A stretch of DNA of 64,000 nt. It comes from an uncultured Methanosarcinaceae archaeon. GTDB lineage: Archaea > Halobacteriota > Methanosarcinia > Methanosarcinales > Methanosarcinaceae. Each line of letters starts with the position of its first letter. Position 1 is the stretch's first letter. Under the pieces are notes generated by a model. That model did not search any database. It saw nothing but the letters and a program-made list of their open reading frames with translations, and was not told the origin of the DNA. The position numbers and the translations under genes were made by a program. Positions 10,754 to 22,415 of this stretch are shown piece by piece. The stretch covers positions 32,001 through 96,000 of the forward strand of contig CAVTET010000001.1 in NCBI GenBank assembly GCA_963733675.1, read 5' to 3'.

Positions 10754-11606
10754 GGTTCCGTTGCAAAAAATTCAAAAAAATATGTAAATCTATAAGTAAT
10801 GAATAAAAATCAAAATATTCGAGGAAAATGTACTAACATATAATACTATACCAATCAATTGATTAATGTATTTGACTTCATTAAAAACAAAGTAATTTAG
10901 ATCATTTAGTTGTCCTTTTTTGATCATATTCATAGCTCCAATTCCTTTTAAAGTCTTATTAGCAGATTGAAAAGACTGAAATCCTAACATTGGATTAACG
11001 ATTCTCTTTATAGATCTGTGATCTTGTTCTATAATGTTATTCAAATACTTGATTTGTCGAATGCCTACGTTTTTAGGTAGTATTTTATCATTTTTCAGTT
11101 TACCTATAGCAGGTGGATAAGCTGGATTCTTATCAACTGTTATTACTCTTGGAATTTGATTATGATTAGAACTCAAAGCTTTCTTAAAAAATATCTTCGC
11201 TGCATTTCGATTTCGTTTTGCACTTAACATGAAATCAATTGTATCTCCATTTGAGTCAACTGCTCGGTAAAGATATTTCCATTTACCTTTTATTTTGATA
11301 CAGGTTTCATCAACTTTCCACGAATCATTGTTGATCTTAAATGTCTTCTGATCTTCTTTTCTATTTCAGGGGAATATTGATATACCCATCTCACGATTGT
11401 TGTATGGTCGACTTTTGCTCCCCTTTCTATCATCATTTCCTTTAAATTTCTATAACTTAATGGATATTTTAAGTACCATCTTACATTTAATAGGATAATT
11501 TCTCCTTCATAATGCTTCCATTTAAAGGAATTAGATAGCATATTACTATCTTTGATTTTCTTTTTATTTTATTGTATCATTAGAAAGGATTTTTTGCAAC
11601 GGAATC
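10754..11606 (-). mobile_element. IS6-family insertion sequence (IS240/IS257-like), 853 bp
   Basis: TIRs GGTTCCGTTGCAAAAAAT and ATTTTTTGCAACGGAATC (1 mismatch) enclosing a DDE transposase. Confidence 0.92.
10790..11541 (-). pseudogene. IS6 transposase split by a 1-nt frameshift near 11325
   Basis: 'FKWKHYEGEIILLNVRWYLKY', then shifted frame 'WKVDET.IKIKGKWKYLYRAVD', 'ITVDKNPAY', 'YLNNIIEQDHR'. Confidence 0.9.
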
Positions 11607-11645
11607 AAATTTGTTGTCGTTATTTAGGGAAATATATATGCCTGA

Positions 11646-12589
11646 TTATTCGACAACTGCACATGCAAAGTATAAATGCTCATCTGCTTGATCTCCATCA
11701 GTACGTCCTTGTAAATAACGTCTTTCGATGTCTTTTGGGCTCAAATTCTCCTGTAGATGAAATCCTAAATTTGCGATATCTTCGGCTAACGTTGATGGAT
11801 TGAAACCAGTAATCATCGGTTCGCCTATCTTTCTCAAATACTCCAATGATTTTTGCATTTGTGGAGACGATTTCTCAAGGATAAATGTATTATTATCGAA
11901 ATAATCAAAAACAATAGTGATGTCCACAGGAGCAATTTCCGTTATGGAACGTAGTGTTGCATACACCTCTTCTGGAGTCAAGTACGGGTGACACCAAGCC
12001 AATTAAAAAAGGTTTTAACTTTTGGATAATATGATGATGAGCTAGTTAGTGCTGTTACCAGACTTTCCTTCGTGAAATCTATAGGAATAAAATGTAATTT
12101 TGCTGGATGTTCTCATTCCAACTCAGCAAGTCGATGAGGCTTAAATTCTTGTGTGGCAGGATGGTCAACCTCAAAAACCTCCCAGTGTTCCATCATTTCC
12201 GGGCGTCGAAAAGCAAAGGTATCCAGCCCTGCCCCGAGAATCACATACTGTTTTACTCCTTGCCTGATAGCTTTTTCGAGTGCTTCTTCCGCATACCGTG
12301 CACGGCTGAAAAGTTATGCTGTCCATTTCTGTTCATTAATAATATTATTAATTACTTGCATTAAGGATGATGATGTTGTTGTAGGGTTGGAACGTAATTT
12401 AGTATTCTCAGTGTCATTTAACTGTTCATTCCACCAACTCAAGTATTGTTCAATTAGTGCTCGTTTGTCCTCAGATATCAAATGTTAGGCAAGAAAATCA
12501 TCAAAAATTTTATGAGTATCATGCATTGAATGATATGCACGCATGTAGGCTATCAACATTGCAGTAAAGCTAGCTTGGTTTTCTTTCAT
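11646..12589 (-). pseudogene. Class I SAM-dependent methyltransferase (LCM family), multiple stops and frameshifts
   Basis: Fragments 'SFTAMLIAYMRAYH', 'QYVILGAGLDTFAFRRP', 'FEVDHPATQ', 'IGEPMITGF' interrupted by stops. Confidence 0.85.
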
Positions 12590-12822
12590 CAAGTTAATGA
12601 ATACATAACTATGCTTATTAGTTTTATCACATAAAATACATACTTTTTGAGTGATCTCAAAAAACATATTCTTTATAAGTTATCATATTTTTAATTTATT
12701 AGATAATGAGTTTGATCTGAAAGGTTGCATTTAATATATTGGAGTATAAAAGTAGTAGCTTATTCGGTGGCAATGATATTTCTTGAATTAAAACTGAAAT
12801 CTAAAATTAAGACAGAATGCGC

Positions 12823-13451
12823 ATGCTAGAGACTATTGAATTTCTAGCCTTAGGAGCATTTCTTGGCCTCGCTTCAGGAATATCTCCCGGTCCACTATTA
12901 AACAATAACTATTTCTGAGACTCTACAACATGGCAAATGGGAAGGGATAAAGGTTGCGATATCTCCTTTGATTACTGACTTGCCAATAGTATTAATCTAC
13001 ATTATTTATTCTGTCACATTTGACCAGCAATAATTTTATTATCGAAATTATTGCGTTTTTTGGTGCATCGTATCTCATATATTCAGGAATAGAATCTTTG
13101 AAAATCAAGCAGAAAAGCGCTGAATTTAAGTTAAACAAAAAAGCTGCCCTTAAAAGGGGAATTATTGTTAACTTTGGGAATCCACATCCATACCTATTCT
13201 GGTTTTTGATAGGTGGTCCAATAATTTTTAAGAGTTTAAGTATTCATTTTTTGGCTACAATTTTATTTATTATTGGTTTCTATAGTTTTCTTGTAGGATC
13301 AAAAGTAATTGTAGCGTTAATTGTAGAGAGATCAAAATATTTCATTAACAGTAAATACTATTTTTTTATCATTCAGATTTTGGGAATTGCACAGATTATA
13401 TTTGGGTTAACTTTTATTAAAGTAGGTTTGAATTCGTTAGATATAATTTGA
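12823..13451 (+). pseudogene. LysE-family translocator, frameshifted
   Basis: 'MLETIEFLALGAFLGLASGISPGPLL' at 12823, frameshifts near 12900 and 12995, C-terminal part 'VNFGNPHPYLFW'. Confidence 0.8.
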
Positions 13452-14283
13452 TTCCGTACCAGAGTGTCACTTTCTGATTTTTGAGAATCACTGGAATATA
13501 GAACTAACAACTAGATGGAAAGGAATAATAAAAAGCTAAAAAGTGGGAGTCAGGTGGTTGTAGCATCCTTAAATCAAGAATCAATGTTAAGGCTAAGTCT
13601 CGACACTTATTGACATTATAGTCATTAAAAATTAGATAGAAAAACTAGATTTTTCAGGCAAGATGTACAATTCTATTACTTAAAAAACTGATTTTTATAA
13701 CGTACTTCCCTCGTTTTTGCTTCAATTCTAAATCGACAGCATTAGAATTTACAGATTTTGCTTATGCATTTCTTACATTTTTTTATTTATTATACATAAT
13801 TCGTTGAAAACTTGTCTATTCCTATAGAATGGAATGATTGAGTTAAGAAAAGGATAGGCAAAAATCGAGATATATTAACAAATTTCAAATAGAAATATAT
13901 CTTATGAGATATACTGATCATGAAGTGTAACTGGAATGATCCTAGAATATGCATAGTTTTTTGTATCAAGACTTGTGCATTTACTCTATCTCACCCAAAA
14001 ATTGAGAAAATTTTTATCTAAATATAGAGACAAATAAACAGTTTTTACTAAAACATATACAACAACTGAAGAATCAAAACGGTGCTTTTTATCCCTTAAC
14101 TGGGAAAAACCCATCAAAAATTCTCTGTACAATGGTTTCTTGAGATTATTGATTTTGCAGAAAAATCAGCATATAGCCAATTATCATTAGTATAATCTTT
14201 GTTAGTATTAAAAAACTCGCGAAATTGATCAACACAAGTTGAATAATAAAATGTTCATATAGATAATTAGTAATCTATAACAT

Positions 14284-14928
14284 ATGTTGAGAGCAATTAT
14301 TTTCGATGTGGACGGAGTTCTTGTAGACTCCATGCGCTTTCATGCCGATGCATGGGCCAATGTTTTTCATGAAGTTGGTATTAATATTACTAGGGAAGAT
14401 ATTTATGTGTTAGAAGGCTCAAACGAAATAGCGATAATTAAAGCCATTTTTGAAAAAGCTGGAAGAGAGCCTGAACCCTGGCATTTCGAGCATTTGGTTA
14501 ATAAGAAACGCGAAATATTTGAGTTTGATCAGATAAAACCCTTTGAAAGTGTTTCAGGTTGCCTCAAGAAGTTAAAACGGTATTTCAAGCTAGCTGCAGT
14601 TTCCGGGTCAAGCCGCAACACGGTTGAAAAAGTTATGAATAAATTTTTTTCATTCTGTTTTGAAGTTATCATCACCGGAGACGATTTGGAACGCGGAAAA
14701 CCTGATCCAACCCCCTTCCTCAAAGCTCTTGCAAAACTTGACATTACTAAAAATGAATGCTTTGTAATTGAGAATTCACCTATGGGTATCACTGCCGCTA
14801 AAAGAGCTGGAATCTATTGTGTTGCAGTTGCAAGTACACTTGAGCCTGATAAATTGCAACATGCAGATCTTGTGTTCAGAGATCATACTGCTCTGTTTGA
14901 CTTTCTGAAAAACCTCATTCCAAAATAG
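14284..14928 (+). CDS. HAD-family hydrolase (beta-PGM/phosphatase-like)
   Basis: 'FDVDGVLVDS', 'GKPDP', 'IENSPMGITAAKRAG'. Confidence 0.9.
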   Translation: MLRAIIFDVDGVLVDSMRFHADAWANVFHEVGINITREDIYVLEGSNEIAIIKAIFEKAGREPEPWHFEHLVNKKREIFEFDQIKPFESVSGCLKKLKRYFKLAAVSGSSRNTVEKVMNKFFSFCFEVIITGDDLERGKPDPTPFLKALAKLDITKNECFVIENSPMGITAAKRAGIYCVAVASTLEPDKLQHADLVFRDHTALFDFLKNLIPK

Positions 14929-15156
14929 ATCATTAAGTTTTCAGAACTATTTTCTGCATTTAGTCCTAAAAACTCACATCGTAGGAAATGAGATTAAAGA
15001 GCAATTATGTGACTTTCTGGATAAACATCAACTCATTATTGGTGGGCCATCAAATTTTTTGACAAAAAATATATTTAACCTATATTTGACAGAATCACAA
15101 ATGTCATAATACACAAATTGGGCTTTATGTTCCTATTTTCTTCGTATCCACTTTCG

Positions 15157-15275
15157 TCAGATATACACGAAAATGCCATCTATATCTAATATTACAGTAG
15201 TTAAAAATTAATCTGACTTTCAATAAACAAATGTGGACAAATAGGTAAATAAAGTCTACATCTGCGTGCATCTGT
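15157..15275 (-). repeat. Family A repeat, copy 2
   Basis: Reverse complement matches 33339-33460 (CAGATG..TATTT..TTGAAAGTCAGATTAATT..GATGGCATTTT.GTGTATATCTG). Confidence 0.7.
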
Positions 15276-15415
15276 GAAAAATGGGATATATGGCGCTATT
15301 CTGTTTAGATTTCACTCACCAAAAAAAATATTACATAAAAACTATGTAAAATCGGAAAAGATTCCAGATCCGGAAAATCACAAAACATATAACATGAAAC
15401 AAGAAGGTTCTAACT

Positions 15416-16690
15416 ATGGCCGAGATAAAAATTGATAGGTTTCTCTCATATATTGAAGGTACGCAGCGAGTATATGATGAAGCTACAACCCTGGAAAACA
15501 CTAAAGACACGATAAAAAAGATAGGGGTTACTCGCATTGCAGACATTACAAACTTGGACAGGCTAGGAATCCCTATTTTTTCGGCAATCCGTCCCAGTGC
15601 TGCTCAGGGAGCGATCAGTATATACTCAGGCAAGGGTTCGACCGAGCAGCGAGCTCGGATTTCGGCTATAATGGAGAGTTTTGAACGTTGTCTAGCAGAA
15701 AAACCGGGCCTGAATGAAAACATTGCAGAAGGCATTTCCGCCCCAGCTCTAGTCGAATCCTATGCCAAAGCCATAGAAAACTTCAATGTACTGGATCCAA
15801 AGACCCTCCTTCTGCCTCAGCCCTATGTTCCCCAGTCCCTACTTGAATGGGTGGGAGCGTACGATTTAATGAATGAGGAAGAAGTGTTCGTGAGCTCAAA
15901 TGCGGTTTATCATCCCTACGATGCACCAGGTCAATGTCAGAAACTTTTTCTGAGTAATACCAATGGGCTAGCATCTGGGAACGTAATTGAAGAAGCTATC
16001 CTGCATGGAATGCTTGAGGTCATAGAAAGAGATGCAATTAGTATAGCTCAGTTTACACGTAACCTTGGAAAAGAAATATTGCTGACTGAAGAAGATGGCC
16101 ATCTATACGAGATTGCCAGAAAGTTCAAAGACGCGGAAATAGAATTGAAGATCTGGCTTGTTCCCACAGATACTGGAATTCCAACGGTGATTGCAGCAAC
16201 CGATGATGTAAAATTGAAAGATCCAGCTCTTTTAGTCATGGGAGCAGGCTCCCACCTAAAACCTGCAACTGCAGTTGTAAGAGCTATAACTGAAGCTTCT
16301 CAGTCGCGGGTAGTTCAGATCCAGGGAGCAAGGGAGGATACGGATAGAGAAGGTTTTATCAGAAGCGTAGGGTACGATAGAATGAAGCGCCTGAACTATT
16401 TCTGGTTCGAAGAAGGAGAAAAAGTTTCCCTTTCTGAAGTGCAAGATCTATCCAGAAAAAGTCCTGCAGAAAACATCGATTTGATACTAGAAAAGCTCAG
16501 GGGTCTTGCCGAAAAAGTGCTAGTAGTGGACCTTTCAAGGAAAGAAGTTGCAGTTCCGGTTGTTAGAGTAATTATCCCTGGCTTTGAGCTTTTCACTATT
16601 GATCGTGATCGAAAAGGGAAAAGAATTGCTTCCGGGCAGAAGAGAGATTTTTTCAGGGACAGGAATGATAAGCCGTGGAAAAGACGATGA
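15416..16690 (+). CDS. ycaO: YcaO-family McrA-glycine thioamidation protein
   Basis: 'GVTRIADITNLDRLGIP', 'SGKG', 'SNTNGLASGN', 'EVIERDA'; adjacent to tfuA. Confidence 0.93.
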   Translation: MAEIKIDRFLSYIEGTQRVYDEATTLENTKDTIKKIGVTRIADITNLDRLGIPIFSAIRPSAAQGAISIYSGKGSTEQRARISAIMESFERCLAEKPGLNENIAEGISAPALVESYAKAIENFNVLDPKTLLLPQPYVPQSLLEWVGAYDLMNEEEVFVSSNAVYHPYDAPGQCQKLFLSNTNGLASGNVIEEAILHGMLEVIERDAISIAQFTRNLGKEILLTEEDGHLYEIARKFKDAEIELKIWLVPTDTGIPTVIAATDDVKLKDPALLVMGAGSHLKPATAVVRAITEASQSRVVQIQGAREDTDREGFIRSVGYDRMKRLNYFWFEEGEKVSLSEVQDLSRKSPAENIDLILEKLRGLAEKVLVVDLSRKEVAVPVVRVIIPGFELFTIDRDRKGKRIASGQKRDFFRDRNDKPWKRR

Positions 16691-17346
16691 AATCAAGGGC
16701 AGTAATCTTTACAGGTAACAGCATCAGCCACGAGGATGCAAAAAAAATATTGAGGGTCAATTACCAGCCTCCTATATGCAGGTTCCAGCTTGAAATATTC
16801 GTCCAGAAAGGATATAAGATCATAGGAATAATAGACGGGATTTTTTTTGATAGGGCTGCAGTAGGACACAGGGAGATTATATCTGCCCTCAATGCAGGAG
16901 TAAAAGTCATCGGCGGCTCCAGCATGGGAGCCCTTCGAGCCTCGGAACTGGATACTCACGGGATGATAGGAATAGGAAAAGTTTACGAATGGTACCGGGA
17001 TGGAACATTTGAATCAGATGATGAGATAGCAGTTAGCACAAATCCTGATACTTTCGAACCTATTTCCATGCCCCTTGTTAATATAAGAGAAACCTTGAAA
17101 GTCGCTGTAGCTGCTGGAGTTATAAGTAAAAAAGAGCAGAATGATCTTCTGGAGCTTGCAGTTAACACATATTACCCGGACAGGAGCTATCTTGGACTTA
17201 TCAAGGAAGGAGCAAAAAGAGGTATAATCCCGGAAGAGAGGAGAAAATCAATTCTAGATTTTTGTATCGTCAGAGAAGTTGACGTGAAAAAGCAAGATGC
17301 AATCCTCGTGCTTGAAACCGTAAAAAAGCTGATAGAAGATACCTGA
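16687..17346 (+). CDS. tfuA: TfuA-family McrA-glycine thioamidation protein
   Basis: 'IGIIDGIFFDRAAVGHREI', 'GGSSMGALRASEL'; ATGA overlap with the ycaO stop. Confidence 0.93.
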   Translation: MKSRAVIFTGNSISHEDAKKILRVNYQPPICRFQLEIFVQKGYKIIGIIDGIFFDRAAVGHREIISALNAGVKVIGGSSMGALRASELDTHGMIGIGKVYEWYRDGTFESDDEIAVSTNPDTFEPISMPLVNIRETLKVAVAAGVISKKEQNDLLELAVNTYYPDRSYLGLIKEGAKRGIIPEERRKSILDFCIVREVDVKKQDAILVLETVKKLIEDT

Positions 17347-17469
17347 AAATTAAGGTTTCTTTAAAACAGCATTTTTGGCTATCAAAAACTGTTTTTCAAA
17401 GCATTGTTTTATATTTTATTTTAGTATATCGATTCCGTATCATGTTTCCTTCATGATTTAATAGCTTCC

Positions 17470-18534
17470 TTCAATGCTTTACTATGTAGAGCTTGATAAT
17501 GTAAAGGCTAACAAGCATTGACAAGTCAGTTTGAGACAAACTTGTTGAAATTGATGCCTTAATTGATTGGAAATCTTTTCTTATCAATTTTGAGTTCAAA
17601 TATTTTAACAAAACAGTTTTCTGAGGCAGACATGAAGCTGAACTAATCGTTATTTCTAAGATTCTTGATTACATCAATGGCATGGTCTTTCTGACTTTGA
17701 ATTTGAGAAACAAAGTATTGATCGAATTTCTTTCATGAAATATTCTTGTTTTTTTCTGAGTACATACTAGACAGTACTACAGTCTGATCATTCAGAAAAA
17801 GAATTATTGCTAACTTCAAAGAAGAGATATGGGGACAGTTGCAAAGCTAACTTTGTTGCCTTTGTTTGAATGTAAAATAGGGGATGATTCAGGACGCTAC
17901 TTTTATCTATTCAGATCCTGGACATGCAAAATGTATAAAAATTCGATAAAATGAGCAAAAATAAGGAGAAGCATCGACAGACCTTGGATAAAAGGGGGAT
18001 AAGTCACACTTTGGGTATAAACTTCACAGCATAATATACAGGGATTATGAGCTGACAGAAGATTTAAAAAAACAAGTGAAAAACTTCATGATTATCAGGT
18101 AAATTTATATGAAAAAATGAAGTCGTTTACAGGGTAAAGGATACTTTGAAGCAAAATCAAAAATTTATGATGCAACACTGGGGAAAAAATAGTAAAATAA
18201 CGTCCTTTGGAAATGAGTGATATATTAAATACAAGATATTAACTCAAAAGATTTAAGGGGAACGAGTTTATGCAGTAACTACAAAGGTATTCAGACATAT
18301 AAGTTCTTGTTACGTTTCAAAGAGTGAATCTAAAGATGTTGTGTACAGCTTTTTGGTATAATCACCATCTTTTGATGACATCGAAAATAAAAGGAGTATT
18401 TTAAGGATAAAGGGAGCTGTCTTTAAAATCAAAGAATAATGGACCAGAAAATAAAAAATAGAATATACGAAAATTAGCGAGAAAGATTTGGACAGGATTC
18501 CTGCCAAAAAAATTAAGATAAATAGGAATTCTCT
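17470..18534 (+). mobile_element. Heavily degraded IS5-family element (left boundary approximate)
   Basis: Broken-frame fragments 'LIDWKSF', 'QWHGLSDFEFEKQ', 'HFGYKLHSII'; family C repeat at the right end. Confidence 0.6.
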
Positions 18535-18630
18535 GTAGATACTGGACATGGGAAGAGTCAGTGATGAAAACTTCAAATGTACTTTCATGCCAACTAGATA
18601 GGATAAAGTCAAAAATTTTGTTATCATTTC

Positions 18631-18954
18631 TTAATGTAAATGACTTAAGTCTACAGGTGAGGGTATAAAACCAGATTTGTGTCCACTCTGAGACTGTGCC
18701 TTTTGATTTAATTGTTTATTTTTCTGGTATTCGATAAACTTAGGATTTTCTGGTGCAAGTCCAAGCTTTGGAGAAAATTCAGTTTGGTTTACAATATTTT
18801 TGTGAATATCATATGATTTGTTTTCCTCTAAAAATCCTGTACAAGCCATCGATATTGATGAACCTATAACCAAGAAAAAAACAAGAAATTCAGTGAAAAT
18901 TACTAATTTTCTTATTATATTTGAATCAATTTTTATATTAATATGTTTTTTCAT
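18631..18954 (-). pseudogene. N-terminal fragment of a secreted C1-peptidase/lectin-like surface protein
   Basis: Signal peptide plus 'APENPKFIEYQ...GFIPSPVDLSHL', ending abruptly near the IS5 relic. Confidence 0.6.
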
Positions 18955-20310
18955 TTATATCCCAGCTTTCACTTTTTTGAGAATAATGATTCGATTGGAT
19001 TCTTTCGCCTTCTCTTTATTTTATAAAACATTTCTTCCTGAAATTCAAATTTTAATTCTTAAAGCTCAACTAATTTCTAGAATTTCTCTTAGATCATCGA
19101 TTAGTAGTCTACTTTTATATATCATTGGTATATTCTTCTTTTCAGCTTTTTCATATTTCATTCAAATCATTCTTCTGAATCTTTCTGTGTTTACGTGTGG
19201 ATCTTATGCTTGGATTTCATATACTTCCATTATAGTTTCATAATTTTTTTTTAACTCCACATTTTTATAAGAATCATACTCATCAAATTTGATGCATCCT
19301 TTGCAAATATTGTACCCAAGATCAATTGCTTGTATAGTACCATTTTTTCATGCTTATTAGTATTGTTACTTATAAGATAATATATTTTTCTGCTAATGAT
19401 TAATGTTAATATTGCTGTCCATATTAGAGTTTCAATAACTTGTTCATTCTTTGCATCAAGAACATCATTATCTCATTGATCCTTTCCTCACAAAGTCTAT
19501 ACTTCACAAAATGATGAAGGATTCCATCTGAAAGAAGTTTTATTTGATCATTTTCATAACAAAAAAATCGCAGAATAGCTTCTTCTTCTTTTAATGGAGA
19601 AATCGTTATATCATACGAAAGTTTTCTGAAATATTTCACAAAAGAGAGTTTTATCACACAATAAATATTGTAATTATACCAGAAGCACCGTGTACTTAAG
19701 GTGCAAACTTTGTTTGTATAAAAAAGGAATTATATTGATTTGTATTACAGTTAATGCAGAAAAAATGCAAAATTGGCAAATTGTGATACTTTCTATGCTA
19801 ATATCGTTTTCGAGGGAGTTTTCGAAGATGACTTCTCTATATACCAAATTGTTTCTAGCCATGAGAGTGTAAGTTTTATACTATTTAATGTTGCAGCTGT
19901 CAAATCAAAAATACGTGAAGACCAAAATTAATGAAAAAAGAATAGATTTTTAAGTCAAAATTTTAATTTAAGAGCTTCACAGACAGAAAACTTGTTGTGT
20001 CTATACCTAAGTGGATTAATTTTTCGCTCTTGTAGTCAACCATTCAATTACCTTAATAATTTAGTGGATTTTATTCTGATTTGTAGAAGTGGTTTCGGAA
20101 ATAATGAAATTAGGCACGACTGAATTTTTCAGGAAATACTATATATGATCCTGTGGTTTGACTACGATCATACCATATTTATAGATTAAAGCCAGGCTCT
20201 CTGTTATACAATTACTTTTTCAAGCTCTATTCAGGTTTGAAATTAGGTTTAATTAATCAAGTTTCTTTTCGTATTATAATTCAAATATAATATTTGGTTA
20301 AAGGGAATCT

Positions 20311-20925
20311 TTGATGAAAATAATAGCATTCGTAGGCATGCCGGCTTCTGGAAAATCAGAAGCTGCAAGAATTGCCACTCATATGCGCATTCCAGTTGTT
20401 AATATGGGTGATGTAATTCGAGAAGAGGTATTAAGACGCGAGCTTGAACCCAATGACTCAAATACCGGAATGGTTGCAACGGACCTCCGCAAATGTGAAG
20501 GCATGGATGTAGTTGCCAGACGCTGCATTTCTCACATCAGAAAAATGAATTCTGGATTTGTGGTTGTGGATGGGGTGCGTGGAATTGCCGAGGTGGAATG
20601 CTTCAGGCGAGAATTTGGAATAGGTTTTGTCCTTATTTCTATTTACGCTCCGATCAAACTTCGCTTTTCCAGAGTCCAAAAAAGGGGTCGAAGCGATGAT
20701 ATGAACAGTATCAAAGGACTCCGTCATCGAGATGAGCGAGAACTTGGCTGGGGTATGGGAGAAGCTATAGAAGAATCAAATATTGAAATTGAGAACAGCT
20801 TCACTCTAGATGTTTTTAAAAAGAATGTTGTCGAGGTTTTGAGTCACTACTCCGATTTAGACTCGTTACATAGCTCAAAAGGTCAAATATGGAAAAACAA
20901 TTCTTCTGAACAAGATTCAATTTAA
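20311..20925 (+). CDS. UPF0200 P-loop nucleotide kinase (dephospho-CoA kinase-like)
   Basis: 'GMPASGKS', 'VVDGVR', 'RDERELGWG'. Confidence 0.85.
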   Translation: MMKIIAFVGMPASGKSEAARIATHMRIPVVNMGDVIREEVLRRELEPNDSNTGMVATDLRKCEGMDVVARRCISHIRKMNSGFVVVDGVRGIAEVECFRREFGIGFVLISIYAPIKLRFSRVQKRGRSDDMNSIKGLRHRDERELGWGMGEAIEESNIEIENSFTLDVFKKNVVEVLSHYSDLDSLHSSKGQIWKNNSSEQDSI

Positions 20926-20974
20926 TTCATTAAAACCCTGCAAATAAACTCCTTTTCGATACTGGAGCAAATTT

Positions 20975-21454
20975 ATGATACATGTTACAGTTTCAGCAGT
21001 TGCGTATCCCACCGAGGACCCCGAAAAAGTTATGCGAGCAATTTCTACTCTTTTTACTGATATAGTACTCGAAAAAAAGGCTATTGAGACCATTGAACCT
21101 GGGCTAGGAGATTCTCACAGTTTATTCGTTTCTGGAGAAGGAGGGCTTGATCTCTTGCTAACTCTGCATGGGCTCATTCGAAGAGAAGAGATTATAGATA
21201 GTATCCGCAATAAAGTTTTCAGTAAAAACTTATCCAGTGCCAGTCTTTCGGTCCGTTTCTTGCTAAATAAACAGGCTGCTTTTGTCGGTATTCCCAGTAT
21301 TTCTGCTCAAAAAGAATCTCTCGGAGCTATTGAAATCGTTATCATGGCTGAGTCTCAGAACGAAATGGAAAGACTTTTAGAGTGGCTTTTGCCCATTACT
21401 GAAGGAGGTATACCGATTGTTGAAGTAGAAATGGATTATGTGGAAAAGGGTTGA
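20975..21454 (+). CDS. UPF0201/DUF54 putative RNA-binding protein
   Basis: 'YPTEDPEKV', 'LNKQAAFVG'. Confidence 0.85.
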   Translation: MIHVTVSAVAYPTEDPEKVMRAISTLFTDIVLEKKAIETIEPGLGDSHSLFVSGEGGLDLLLTLHGLIRREEIIDSIRNKVFSKNLSSASLSVRFLLNKQAAFVGIPSISAQKESLGAIEIVIMAESQNEMERLLEWLLPITEGGIPIVEVEMDYVEKG

Positions 21455-21641
21455 GATCTTCTCAAGCTTTTTAGATTCTTTATGGCTATAATTCCTTATA
21501 TTTATATACTCTTTGTATGTATAATAATGCTCTGTTGAAGTTCATTGAAAGGTCTCATTACACTAACTTAATTTAGTTAACTATATATTAATTTCCATGT
21601 ACAAACCTATATTAATTAATGAAAAGGAATGAATTGTCTTC

Positions 21642-22415
21642 ATGCAATTGCAAAGAATCAGTTTTTCATCGCATGTAGCTATCGAAGATCCTTTCAAATG
21701 GGCTTATAAGCTCGAAGATCATGGGTATACTGGTTGGGAAATTTTACAGGAGGGATCCCAGTGCTTGAACAGCAAGAATATCCAGAATTTGAAAAATATA
21801 TATGAGACTACTGGTCTTGAACTGACTCTACACTTGCCGTTCTCGGATATGAATTTGGCAGGTCTTAACAACTCAATCAGGGCAGAAGTCCTCAGGCAGA
21901 TGAAACATTACCTTGCATTGGCTTCGAACTATGTAAATTTGGCTGTAATTCACCCTGGTTATCTTTCCCATTATGGCGTACAGGTTCCGCAGGAAGCATA
22001 CCTGACTAATCTGGCCTCAATCCGTGAAATATGCGACTTTGCGGCGGATTTTGGAATTCTCATCGCTGTTGAAAATATGCCCGATTTTCGGAAAATTTTC
22101 GGAAAATATCCTGATGAAATACTTGAGATGCTTGACACTATCGGAAGCCATAACGTGGGTTTTACCTTTGATGTAGGGCACGCGAACACAGTTGGGCTTG
22201 TGAATGATTTTCTGGATCTCCTAGCAGAAAAAATATCCCATGTGCATATTCACGATAATATGGGAAAAAAAGATGAACATCTATCTTTAGGGAGAGGTAA
22301 TATAAATTGGAAATTTGTCATGGAAAGGCTTTCAGACTATAAAGGAGTCTTTGTTACTGAGATGCGTTCGGTTGAAGAAGGAATTCAAAGCCTTGATTAT
22401 TTAAGAAATTTATAA
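21642..22415 (+). CDS. Sugar phosphate isomerase/epimerase (AP endonuclease 2 TIM barrel)
   Basis: 'LHLPFSDMNLA', 'IHPG', 'VENMP', 'FDVGHA', 'HIHDN', 'DEHL'. Confidence 0.85.
   Translation: MQLQRISFSSHVAIEDPFKWAYKLEDHGYTGWEILQEGSQCLNSKNIQNLKNIYETTGLELTLHLPFSDMNLAGLNNSIRAEVLRQMKHYLALASNYVNLAVIHPGYLSHYGVQVPQEAYLTNLASIREICDFAADFGILIAVENMPDFRKIFGKYPDEILEMLDTIGSHNVGFTFDVGHANTVGLVNDFLDLLAEKISHVHIHDNMGKKDEHLSLGRGNINWKFVMERLSDYKGVFVTEMRSVEEGIQSLDYLRNL

Noticed and set aside
11290-11345. Programmed frameshift in the IS6 transposase
   Set aside because: IS6 transposases are single ORFs and no slippery heptamer is evident; a 1-nt deletion is simpler
11646-12589. Amber readthrough rescuing the methyltransferase
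   Set aside because: The interruptions include TAA, TGA and frameshifts
18818-19872. Short hydrophobic ORFs as membrane proteins
   Set aside because: The F/I/L-rich translations are expected from AT-rich DNA; probably decayed sequence that I could not assign
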